Virus record (IMG/VR): IMGVR_UViG_3300046168_000072
Span: 57,276-121,275 of that record
Length of the DNA: 64,000 nucleotides
From: a virus
Direction: 5' to 3' (one strand)
Part shown: piece by piece, positions 51,558 to 60,698 of the stretch
How positions within the stretch are numbered: position 1 is the stretch's first letter
Layout of the letters: each line of letters opens with the position of its first letter
Made by a program: the position numbers and the translations under genes
Notes under the pieces: model-generated
What the model was told of the DNA's origin: nothing
Database searches by the model: none
The model's input: the letters and a program-made list of their open reading frames with translations, nothing else

Positions 51558-51665
51558 ATGATCATATCATTCTTTATACTTCATATATAATATATATTAT
51601 GAAATATAATATTAAAATATTATTATTACGTTAGTAATACGTTCCAACTTTTTTTTCAAATATAC

Positions 51666-51694
51666 TTGACTTTTTATTTATCCTATAGTATAAT
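51666..51694 (+). promoter_or_regulatory. Sigma70-type promoter, near-leaderless
   Basis: TTGACT-N17-TATAAT followed by CCGCAAC-ATG (51702). Confidence 0.7.
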
Positions 51695-51701
51695 CCGCAA
51701 C

Positions 51702-51962
51702 ATGGTAAAGAAAATATCTCTAAATAAAAAATTTTATTATGTGCAATGCGGAGACTGGGATTCGGTTACTGTAGCTTCCTCTCATAAGGAAGCTTGCTTG
51801 AATGCTATGGAGAAAGCATTAGATCAATTCACAAAAGAAGAGATTGAGCTGACCGAAGTAATGGTTTCTTCTAATTGTGACGGAATATTAAATAATGAAG
51901 AAAATTCAACAGAAGGTTTTCTTTCAGAAAGAATCATAGAAGAATTATCCCATGAATACTAA
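51702..51962 (+). CDS. Hypothetical protein
   Basis: First gene of the plus-strand block. Start moved to the ATG at 51702. Confidence 0.6.
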   Translation: MVKKISLNKKFYYVQCGDWDSVTVASSHKEACLNAMEKALDQFTKEEIELTEVMVSSNCDGILNNEENSTEGFLSERIIEELSHEY

Positions 51963-52526
51963 TTTTATAATCGGAATTTGCGGAAACGCAAGAAGCGGCA
52001 AAGATACATTTTGTGAATATGCAAAACAATTTCTTTCGAGGAAAAAAGTTGCAGCAGCTAGAACAGCTTTTGCCGACGAATTAAAAAAAGATTTAGATGA
52101 TCTTTGCAGACACAAAATCGGAATAAGCGCATTTACTCAAGATACAAAGAAAAGGAAATCATTAGGCCTTTACTTGTTACATACGGAACCGAGGTAATTA
52201 GAAAGATGGATGAAAACTGGTGGATCAATAAACTCGAGCAAACACTAGGAGTCCATCAGCACATGAATATACTCCCGATTATTACCGATGTAAGGTATCC
52301 AAATGAATTAGAGTGGATCAAGAACAAACACAATGGAGTTATGATTCATGTAACAAGAAAAGGAATTAAACCTGCTAACGCAGAAGAAAAGAAAAACAAC
52401 GCATTTTTAAAGACTAATTCCGATTACAGAATCATGTGGCCAACATTCGGTGAAGATGAAATAGATCAAGCCGACAAATTCGTTAGAAGAGTTATGAATA
52501 AAATATACAAGACAAAAATTAAATGA
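51952..52526 (+). CDS. Deoxynucleoside monophosphate kinase-like protein, frameshifted near 52150
   Basis: IIGICGNARSGKDT P-loop, FADELK, then IRPLLVTYGTE and ITDVRYPNE. Confidence 0.8.
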
Positions 52527-53097
52527 ACCTCAACGATCAAGAACTCATAAATTCTATACAAAAAGATGAAAATGTTAACTCTTGTTTGCTAGAGTTAATA
52601 AACAGACATAGCGGAATATTTTATGATATAGTGAATAAATTTGTTCCACCAAACTCTCCAGTTGTAATAGAGAAGATTTATTCAGCGAAAGAGATTTGCA
52701 TATTTATATGAGCGCGCTCAAATACGACCCAGAAAGAGGGGCTAAATTCTCGACATTCTTGGGTGATCAAACAAAATGGCTTTGCTTAAACACCTTAATA
52801 AAGAGAAAAAGCGCAATATAGATCATAAAACAGTTGAGGAAATAAACAAGGTCAAACAATTTAGAAGATGACGATAAGATAGATATCCATTTATTAAATG
52901 AAATATTTTTCATCATAGATAGGCATCCAGACTCTCGTGTAGCGAAAGTTTTCAAAATGAGATACAGGGATGGACATAACCATAAGTTGCTTCCGTGGAG
53001 ATTGATAGCTCCTCATGTAAAAATGAGTATACAGGGCTGTATAAACTTGCACGAATCAGTAATTTTAGATATTAAAAAGAAACTAGTAAACAAATAA
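52523..53097 (+). CDS. Phage-encoded sigma70-family RNA polymerase sigma factor, several frameshifts
   Basis: DQELI...LLELINRHSGI, region-2-like KYDPERGAKFSTFL, and a region-4-like HTH (KVFKMRY...PWRLIAPHVKMSIQGCINLH). Confidence 0.72.
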
Positions 53098-53101
53098 CAT
53101 T

Positions 53102-53520
53102 ATGAATAACGTAACATTATCAGGTAGATTAACCAAAGACCCAGAATGCAAAGAATTCGACGGAGGAAAAGCCGTATGCGATTTCACTATAGCCGTTAAT
53201 GGCTATAAAAAAGAGGACACTTTGTATATTAAAGTGAAAGCATGGATGCTAGAGCTAGAAGTTGCTCAAAGTATTGCAGTAAAGGGAGCCTTATTAATGT
53301 AGCTGGCAGCTTGAGAGAAAACGCATGGAAGGATAAAGAAGGGAATTCAAGAAAAGAAGTTTTTATATTAGCTTCTGATATCGAGTTCGTTCAAAAGCCT
53401 CAGGATGATGTAAGTAAAACCGCCACCCAGCAATCCCAGAAATCAGCAGACCGTGAACCCACTCCAGTTCAATCAGTTGAAGTAGTTAATGAGGAAGATT
53501 TAGAGCAAGTGCCATTTTGA
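53102..53520 (+). CDS. ssb: Single-stranded DNA-binding protein, frameshifted near 53245
   Basis: MNNVTLSGRLTKDPE, FTIAVN, KGSLINVAGSLR, WKDKEG and an acidic tail ending VPF. Confidence 0.9.
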
Positions 53521-54599
53521 TGAATAAAATTATATTTAAATCTCCAATTAATAACGTTTCTTTTGGAAATGTTTCACTAAACATAATGAGAGAGCTCTTC
53601 AAAAGAGAGCTTAGCATTGCCCATTTTCCAATAGGTAATTTTGAAGCTAGTGTGTATGATAAAATACAAATTGAATTTAGAGACTGGCTCCAGAACTGCA
53701 TTAACAATAGGTTTAAAATTTTAGATAAAAACTCTCCTACAGTTCAGCTATGGCACATAAATGGTAGCGAGAATAGAATAACAGCAAAAAGTCACTTAAT
53801 TACTTTTTATGAAGTAGATGAGCCTACTGAGGCAGAAAAAAACATAGTGAACATACATGATTCGGTTATGTTTAGTAGTTCTTATGCCGCAAAAATATTC
53901 AAATCCTTAGGGTGTGAGAATGTCAAACACATACCAATAGGTTTTGATCCAGACTTCGGATTAACAAACAAAAAGTACCTAGAAGGTAAAATCCATTTTG
54001 GATTAATGGGTAAGTTTGAAAAAAGAAAGCATACCGCAAAAATCCTTCGGATGTGGGCAAGAAAGTACGGTAACAATTACAATTATCAATTATCTTGTTG
54101 TATCAATAATCCATTCATGAAGCCAGAGCAATTGAATCAATTAATTCATCAAGCGCTTGACGGTAAGCAATACGGTAATATCAATTTTCTACCTTTCCTT
54201 AAAACTAATTCTGAAGTTAATGAATTTTTAAATGCTATTGATATAGATCTAGGTGGTTTAAGTGGAGCAGAGGGCTGGAACCTACCCTCTTTTAACGCTA
54301 CAGCTCTTGGGAAATGGAGTGTTGTGCTAAATGCTACCTCCCATAAAGATTGGGCAAATGATCAAAATTCTATTTTAGTAGAGCCTACAGGTAAAATCCC
54401 ATGCTACGATGGCATTTTCTTTCATCAAGGTCAGCCATTCAATCAAGGCAATATTTATGACTTTAATGAAGATGAAGTTATTTCAAAAATGGAAGAAGCT
54501 GAAAAAAAATGCAAAAATCAAAACGCAGAAGGTTTAAAACTACAAAATGAATTTTCTTATGGAAAAACAGTTAATAAAATACTAGAATATATCCAATAA
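53517..54599 (+). CDS. GT-B (GT4-like) glycosyltransferase
   Basis: TFYE, IPIGFD, GKFEKRK and GAEGWNLP. Confidence 0.78.
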   Translation: MMNKIIFKSPINNVSFGNVSLNIMRELFKRELSIAHFPIGNFEASVYDKIQIEFRDWLQNCINNRFKILDKNSPTVQLWHINGSENRITAKSHLITFYEVDEPTEAEKNIVNIHDSVMFSSSYAAKIFKSLGCENVKHIPIGFDPDFGLTNKKYLEGKIHFGLMGKFEKRKHTAKILRMWARKYGNNYNYQLSCCINNPFMKPEQLNQLIHQALDGKQYGNINFLPFLKTNSEVNEFLNAIDIDLGGLSGAEGWNLPSFNATALGKWSVVLNATSHKDWANDQNSILVEPTGKIPCYDGIFFHQGQPFNQGNIYDFNEDEVISKMEEAEKKCKNQNAEGLKLQNEFSYGKTVNKILEYIQ

Positions 54600-54617
54600 C
54601 AATTATTATAAATTATT

Positions 54618-54806
54618 ATGACAATGCTAAGAGTAGAACAAGATAGAGTTATCCTTTGCTGTGGTGGAAAGAAATGCCCCAAGCTTTCTAAAAATAAAGA
54701 AGGTATGATTGAAATTGTAGATGATTTCGGTGGCAAAATTACCATCAAAGAAGAGCAAGCAGCATTAATTGAACCAGCACTAAAAGAAGTCAATAAGTTG
54801 AAGTGA
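54618..54806 (+). CDS. Small hypothetical protein
   Basis: 62 aa with CCGGKKCP and IVDDFGG. Confidence 0.6.
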   Translation: MTMLRVEQDRVILCCGGKKCPKLSKNKEGMIEIVDDFGGKITIKEEQAALIEPALKEVNKLK

Positions 54807-55111
54807 CTATTGTATTGGTTGCTTTATCCTGCCTAGGATTAACTTTTATATTAAAGTACGGAACTATATTATTATGGTTTCGTACTTTTTTATGCAAGCT
54901 TAAATTTTTTGACGAGCTTTTTAAATGCTCTTTATGTTTGGGATTTTGGGTTGGATTCATACATATGATCTTCTTCTACTGCACAGAATGGAACAATGTA
55001 TATTACATGCTGCCTTTCATGTCTTCTGGATTCTGCTGGCTATTCGACTCGATTGTTTCATATTTGCAAACAGCAGAATTACTAATGGATAAAAAATTGG
55101 AGGAAAAATAA
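54803..55111 (+). CDS. Small membrane protein with CxxCxxFW motif (DUF1360-like)
   Basis: Hydrophobic helices and LFKCSLCLGFWVG. Confidence 0.6.
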   Translation: MTIVLVALSCLGLTFILKYGTILLWFRTFLCKLKFFDELFKCSLCLGFWVGFIHMIFFYCTEWNNVYYMLPFMSSGFCWLFDSIVSYLQTAELLMDKKLEEK

Positions 55112-55453
55112 TGCCTATATACGTTTATAAACATCCTGAGCATGAAGAATACATAGAAGTATTTTCAAGGAATGAATGACAAACACGAATATACTGATGA
55201 ATTCGATGTTGAATGGAAACGTGTTTTTCTCTCCCCAAATGCTGCTATTGATTTAGAAACTAATCCTTATGATAAACAAGCCTTTATTGATAAAACTAAA
55301 TCTGGCGGAACAATGGGAGATCTTTGGGATCGTAGCGCAGAACTTAGTCATAAGCGCGCAGAGCAAAACGATGGAATTGATCCTTACAGGAAGAAATACT
55401 TCAAGGAATACTCTAAAGCTCGCAAAGGAGCAAAACATCATTTAGATCAATAG
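55111..55453 (+). CDS. FmdB-like small protein, frameshifted near 55165
   Basis: TAATG-coupled start MPIYVYKHPEHEEYIEVF joins MNDKHEY...WKRVF. Confidence 0.62.
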
Positions 55454-56278
55454 TTAAGGAGCTGGTGTTGTAGTAGTAGTTGTGGTGGTAGTAGTAGTTG
55501 TAGTTATTGACGAACCAAATTGATAAACTAAAACTGCCACCTCCCCATCATCAATTCCAGCCCCATTGGATATCCTATAAATATCTAAGTCTACACTTGA
55601 TGCAGATTTGTTTATATCAAGATACAGGCCGTTAGCGCCAAATGAACTGTTTTGTATAGTCGTAATGACATGATAGACACTTTGATTAGAAAAAGAACTA
55701 GAGAAGGTTAATGTGTACTTCCCTTGACTATTACGAGTAACTGAAATTTCAGGAGATCCAAACCAAGATGGATTATCGCCTAGAAAAACAACCCCTGCGT
55801 AAGTCGATGGAATGACTTGATTGCCACTTATAGAGACACTTTCTTCGAATATCCCGCTTTTTGCATTCGCTACACTAAAATTAGATTGACTACCTGTTAT
55901 CGATCCACTTTCTAAATTTATCCCAGCGTTATTCCTGATATTCAACTGATCTTCAAAATATATTTGCCCCCCAGTTACCTGCAAGACTCCTAATGGATCT
56001 GCTGTTGAATTTCTTGGGCTCGATATAGGAAAGCCAACCTTAACTGCTCCAGCTATAAGATTGTTTGGGGTATATATATTATCATTCTGAACTAGTAAAC
56101 CTTGTTGTCCAGAAATATCAATATTATTATCAAAACGCTTCCATCCACTCAAAACTTGATTATCATAATAAATTCCAGAAATCTGATTTTCATTACCTAT
56201 TATTTGTCCCTGTAAATCTCCAGATAACACATTAAATGTGTTTTGTAAATTATCGATTTGTTTAAATTTAATGCCCAT
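55454..56278 (-). CDS. Virion-type protein with a C-terminal poly-Thr tail
   Basis: MGIKFKQID start, SVTRNSQGKYTLTF fibre-type motif, ending in T12-PAP. Confidence 0.7.
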   Translation of the reverse strand: MGIKFKQIDNLQNTFNVLSGDLQGQIIGNENQISGIYYDNQVLSGWKRFDNNIDISGQQGLLVQNDNIYTPNNLIAGAVKVGFPISSPRNSTADPLGVLQVTGGQIYFEDQLNIRNNAGINLESGSITGSQSNFSVANAKSGIFEESVSISGNQVIPSTYAGVVFLGDNPSWFGSPEISVTRNSQGKYTLTFSSSFSNQSVYHVITTIQNSSFGANGLYLDINKSASSVDLDIYRISNGAGIDDGEVAVLVYQFGSSITTTTTTTTTTTTTPAP

Positions 56279-56313
56279 ATCCTATTGTCCTTTTAATTAT
56301 ATACACTTTTTCA

Positions 56314-56342
56314 TTGAATTTTGCTTTAATATATTCTATTAT
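56314..56342 (+). promoter_or_regulatory. Sigma70-type promoter, leaderless
   Basis: TTGAAT-N17-TATTAT followed by CCGCAA-ATG (56349). Confidence 0.6.
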
Positions 56343-56348
56343 CCGCAA

Positions 56349-56891
56349 ATGAGTATTTCAATCTACAAACCTAATTCTAAAAATTCTGGTTCTGGTTTCT
56401 CTTTCCAAATCGGAATAGGCAAAAATCAAGAGCCAGCTTTATTCATAAAGTCAATTCTTCAAGCGACATGGGACGACAAGGCAAAACAAGGCTCGTTCAA
56501 AAATAATATCGATAATCCAGACAAAAATATTACCGTTAAATTCTCGGAATATGAAGTTGGTCATATTATTCATGCAATGCGAACTAGATCAACCTACACA
56601 ACATACCATTCATATGAAAATGATAGAACAAATATTAAATTCATGCCGTGGAATAAGAAAGCAAAAAAATCCGTAAAAGGTTCGGACGGTCAATGGAAAG
56701 ATGAATGGGTAGAGGTTGATGCTTTCAGTGTTTCTTTTGTTCGTAATGGTAATCAAAACTTCGTAATCGGCTTAGAGCCTGGGGAAACAGAAACAGTCAT
56801 GGAGTTTCTTCGTTTTTATTTAAACGACTTATTCTCCATGAGGCTAAAAAGACAGATTTCTGAAATTCAAAAATCTAAAGCAGCTAAGTAA
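56349..56891 (+). CDS. Hypothetical protein, possible Whirly-like ssDNA-binding fold
   Basis: Start at 56349 (MSISIYKPN). The motif order resembles Whirly proteins (see findings). Confidence 0.6.
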   Translation: MSISIYKPNSKNSGSGFSFQIGIGKNQEPALFIKSILQATWDDKAKQGSFKNNIDNPDKNITVKFSEYEVGHIIHAMRTRSTYTTYHSYENDRTNIKFMPWNKKAKKSVKGSDGQWKDEWVEVDAFSVSFVRNGNQNFVIGLEPGETETVMEFLRFYLNDLFSMRLKRQISEIQKSKAAK

Positions 56892-58735
56892 TGAAGAAGA
56901 AAAAGATAGTTTTTCACAGTAATCACTCTAAAGCTTTTACTGGCTTTGGAAAAAACACAAAAAATGTATTACGCTATCTTTTTAAAACTGGAAAATATGA
57001 AATAGTTGAATTTGCAAATGGCTTACATTGGGGCGACCCTTACCTTAAAAATATGCCCTGGAAAACCATAGGCTCACTGCCTGATGACCCAGAGTTATTA
57101 CAAAAGCTAAATCAAGACCCACAGCTTGGAAGAGCTGCAGGCTATGGCGCACAAATGGTTGATAGAGTTATTTCAGAAGAAAAACCTGATCTTTATATAG
57201 GCTCGGAAGATATATGGGCGTTCAATGGCTATACAGAAAAAGCGTGGTGGAATAAAACAAACTGTATGATATGGACCACATTGGACAGCTTGCCAATTTT
57301 ACCAGATGCAGTAAATAAAGCTAGCAAAATTAAAAATTACTATGTATGGTCATCTTTTGCGGAAAAAGCTTTAAATGAGGCAGGGCATAATCACGTAAAA
57401 ACTCTTCACGGTGCGATTGATTGCTCTACATTTTATCGTCTTGAAGATCAACAGAGATTGGCAATGAGAAATTATCATCGCATCAATCAAAATGACTTTA
57501 TTATTGGTTTTGTGTTTAGAAACCAACTTCGAAAAAGCGTACCAAATTTATTAGATGGTTTTAAAATTTTTATTGACCAAAATCCAGAAGCTAACGCTAA
57601 ACTTTTACTACATACTCATTGGGCAGAAGGATGGGACATCCCTAGATTTCTTAATGAGAAAAAGATTAATCCAAATCTTATACTAACAACATATTTTTGT
57701 GAGTCTTGTGGTTCTTATGAAATAAGAAGTTTTACTGGACAACAACAGCAATGCAAATCATGCGGGGCAAAAACATTAAATACAACTAACACAAAACAAG
57801 GAGTTAACGAAACACAACTCAATGAGATTTATAATTTAATGGACGTCTATTGTCACCCCTTTACTAGTGGTGGTCAAGAAATACCAATACAAGAAGCTAA
57901 ATTAACTGAATTGATAACTTTAGTAACTAATTATAGTTGCGGCGAAGATAGTTGCAATGAAGAAAGTGGAGGTATTCCTTTAGAATGGTCAGAATACAGA
58001 GAGCCTGGCACACAATTTATTAAAGCAAGCACTTCTCCATTCTCCATAGCCAAAAATCTCAAAAAGGTTTATAACATGAAGCCTCATAAAAGATTGTCAC
58101 AAGGCAAAAAATCAAGAGAATATGTAATTAAAGAATACAGTGATCGATCAATAGGTCAAAAGCTCGAAAAAATTATCGATGAAATGCCTGAAGTGAATTG
58201 GGATTTCGATTTATCTTTTAAACCCAGAAACCCCAACTACAATCCTCCATCTTCAAAAAATGATAGCGAGTGGATTAAAGATCTGTATAAAAATATTTTA
58301 AACAAAGAAGTTGATGAACAGGATTCGGGACATCAACATTGGATGCAAAGGCTGAAAACGGACATGAACAGAAATTCAGTTCTGGAATACTTTAAGTCAG
58401 TAGCTCAAAAAGAAAACACAGAACAAAATAAAATATCTTTACAGGATTTGATAGAAGACCAGGAAAAAGCAAGCGCCTTATTCGTTTGCTCTGGAGATTT
58501 TAACCTGATTTTTGCAGCAACATCTTTATTTGAATCACTTCACGAGAAGTATAAAGAAACTGATCTTTACTTTGCTTGTCACCCTCAATTTTTTCCCATA
58601 TTAAACGGGAACCCTTATATTAAAAAGTGCTTGCCAATTGCAGATCAAATGAAAAATGAATTATCCATGCTCAATAATGGTTTCGATTATTATTTTAACC
58701 TAGATAACACTATACTAAAAAATATAAGTTTATAA
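56891..58735 (+). CDS. GT-B (GT4-like) glycosyltransferase with inserted Zn-ribbon and C-terminal extension
   Basis: TGFG, VFRNQLRKS, LLLHT, CESC...CKSC and YNLMDVYCHPFTSGGQEIPIQEAK. Confidence 0.78.
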   Translation: MKKKKIVFHSNHSKAFTGFGKNTKNVLRYLFKTGKYEIVEFANGLHWGDPYLKNMPWKTIGSLPDDPELLQKLNQDPQLGRAAGYGAQMVDRVISEEKPDLYIGSEDIWAFNGYTEKAWWNKTNCMIWTTLDSLPILPDAVNKASKIKNYYVWSSFAEKALNEAGHNHVKTLHGAIDCSTFYRLEDQQRLAMRNYHRINQNDFIIGFVFRNQLRKSVPNLLDGFKIFIDQNPEANAKLLLHTHWAEGWDIPRFLNEKKINPNLILTTYFCESCGSYEIRSFTGQQQQCKSCGAKTLNTTNTKQGVNETQLNEIYNLMDVYCHPFTSGGQEIPIQEAKLTELITLVTNYSCGEDSCNEESGGIPLEWSEYREPGTQFIKASTSPFSIAKNLKKVYNMKPHKRLSQGKKSREYVIKEYSDRSIGQKLEKIIDEMPEVNWDFDLSFKPRNPNYNPPSSKNDSEWIKDLYKNILNKEVDEQDSGHQHWMQRLKTDMNRNSVLEYFKSVAQKENTEQNKISLQDLIEDQEKASALFVCSGDFNLIFAATSLFESLHEKYKETDLYFACHPQFFPILNGNPYIKKCLPIADQMKNELSMLNNGFDYYFNLDNTILKNISL

Positions 58736-58736
58736 A

Positions 58737-59895
58737 ATGCATTTTGTTCAAAACATGTCGAATTGTCTTGGTTTAGAATCCAAGAAGCCTTTTATACAAG
58801 AATCCTTCTTTCCTGTAACACCTGAAAGATACATAACAATATGTACTGAAAATCATCAAAGCAAACAATGGGATCATTTTCAAGAATACATAGATTTAAT
58901 AAAACCTATTTTACATCGCGATAATATTGAAATCGTTGAAATTGGATCTAATAAAATTCAATTGCAAAAAATTATATCATTAAAAAATATAACAACTGCA
59001 AATCAATGGTCTTTTATAATTAAAAATTCCTTGTGTCATATTGGACCAGAAAACTTTATGAGTAGTTTAGCTGCATTTCACCATGTGCCTTCCGTATCTC
59101 TGTTTTCAAATACAACGTCCAATTACTCTAGCCCAAATTGGGCGGGCTCAGAATACAAAACTCATGCTATAGAGGTAACTTCAAAAAACAAAACTGCTTC
59201 TTTTTCTGCCACAGAAACTCCAAAAACAATCAATCAAATAAGCGCCGAAGAAGTTGCAGCGCAAACTCTTTCGTATCTCTCTCTTGAAAATGATTTTTCT
59301 AAATATGATGTTTTTTATATAGGGCCCGCTTATCATATGGCTAATTTAGAAATCATACCCGATTTTATACCTGAGCCAAATTTTTTCCCAAGTAGTCTTC
59401 TAAATATTAGATTAGATTATCATTTCAATACAGAACTGCTTTCTCACTTTGCGAATAGCAGAACATTATCACTAATTAGTGATAGAGAAATACCAATTGA
59501 AAAATTGCAACCAATCAAACAGAAAATTAATAAGATCTTTCTTCAAGTAGATGAATCGTTTGATATAAAATACGCTAAAGATCTACAAAGCAAGAGGTTT
59601 TAAAGTCGAGCTTGTTATCAAAAAAGATGCGAACATTAATAATACTAGATTAAATTTCTTTGACTGGAAAGTTCCAGAACCTTTAAATAGCAATAAAAAA
59701 AGTATTGACAATCAAGATAAAATATGCGATACTACCAGATATAAAAGTTCAAAAATGATTTTCTCTAAAAAAGGCCAGTTTTCCTCCAAGATTTGTTTTG
59801 ATAAAAATATATCAATCCACCAAGACCAAATGATTTTAGATGAAGATGAATTTTGGGCTTCTTCTCATCATTATAAATTATACAACATAAATTAG
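58737..59895 (+). CDS. GT9-like fold protein, frameshifted near 59590
   Basis: SKQWDHF, IVEIG, FIIKNSLCHIG and VPSVSLFS. An open frame continues to TAG 59893-59895. Confidence 0.55.
59705..59733 (+). promoter_or_regulatory. Possible internal sigma70-type promoter
   Basis: TTGACA-N17-GATACT with a TG extension, about 160 nt upstream of 59897. Confidence 0.35.
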
Positions 59896-59896
59896 T

Positions 59897-60633
59897 ATGG
59901 CAAAACCTAAAGTAGATAATTCGTTCGGCCCAGAATCTTATCAAAGAGATGAAAATGGTCTATTAAAAAATATACAATATGTCTTCCATGAAGACGGATC
60001 AATAGATTGGAGAAAAATGGTTAATGATAAACATCTTTTTCCGAATGCGCAAGCTTTTAATGGTAGCCCTCCTAACTCTATCGAGGGTAATACCTGACAA
60101 TAAATTATTGATTAAATTAGCTGGCATTAAAGAATTAGCTAGATTAAGAGGTTTTTCTGATATTACTTATGAAGTAGTAAAATGCGAACTTGATCATGTG
60201 GCAGTGATTTGCACAATGGTTTTTATTCCTAATTATGAAACAGATGCTAAACCAATTGTTTTTCAGGGATATGGCAAATGCGACTCTAGATAATACCCAT
60301 GATTTTGGTCAAAATTTTCTTGAGACAATGGCTTGCAATCGAGCATTTGTTCGTTGCGTAAGAAACTTTTTGAATATTCATATTGTTGGCGCTGATGAAA
60401 TAGGTAAAAACGACAATAAATCATCCAAAAAAAGTTCAGGCCCTCCTTCTTTGTCGCCACAATCTATGATAGCGACTTCATATGATAAAAATTTTGAAGA
60501 GTTTAAAAGTGATTTGAGAAAGCTTTGGGCTAAAGATGTTTACAAAAATAAAGAAGCTGGTCATTGGCAAGACTTCAATGATATTCCAATCAAGGAAGCT
60601 AGGATATTAATTAAATTAATCAAAGAAGTTTAA
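59897..60633 (+). CDS. Putative single-strand annealing protein (Rad52/Sak-like), two frameshifts
   Basis: Three ORF pieces join. LAGIKELARLRG...VAVIC...MANA...NT...TMACNRAFVRCVRNFLNI...DEI matches the pattern of phage annealing proteins. Confidence 0.5.
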
Positions 60634-60698
60634 CTTTTCAAGTTGATTTTTTACGCTTTTTAGAGTAATATAGTCAAGCTAGGTTTTTGCTTGATTAT

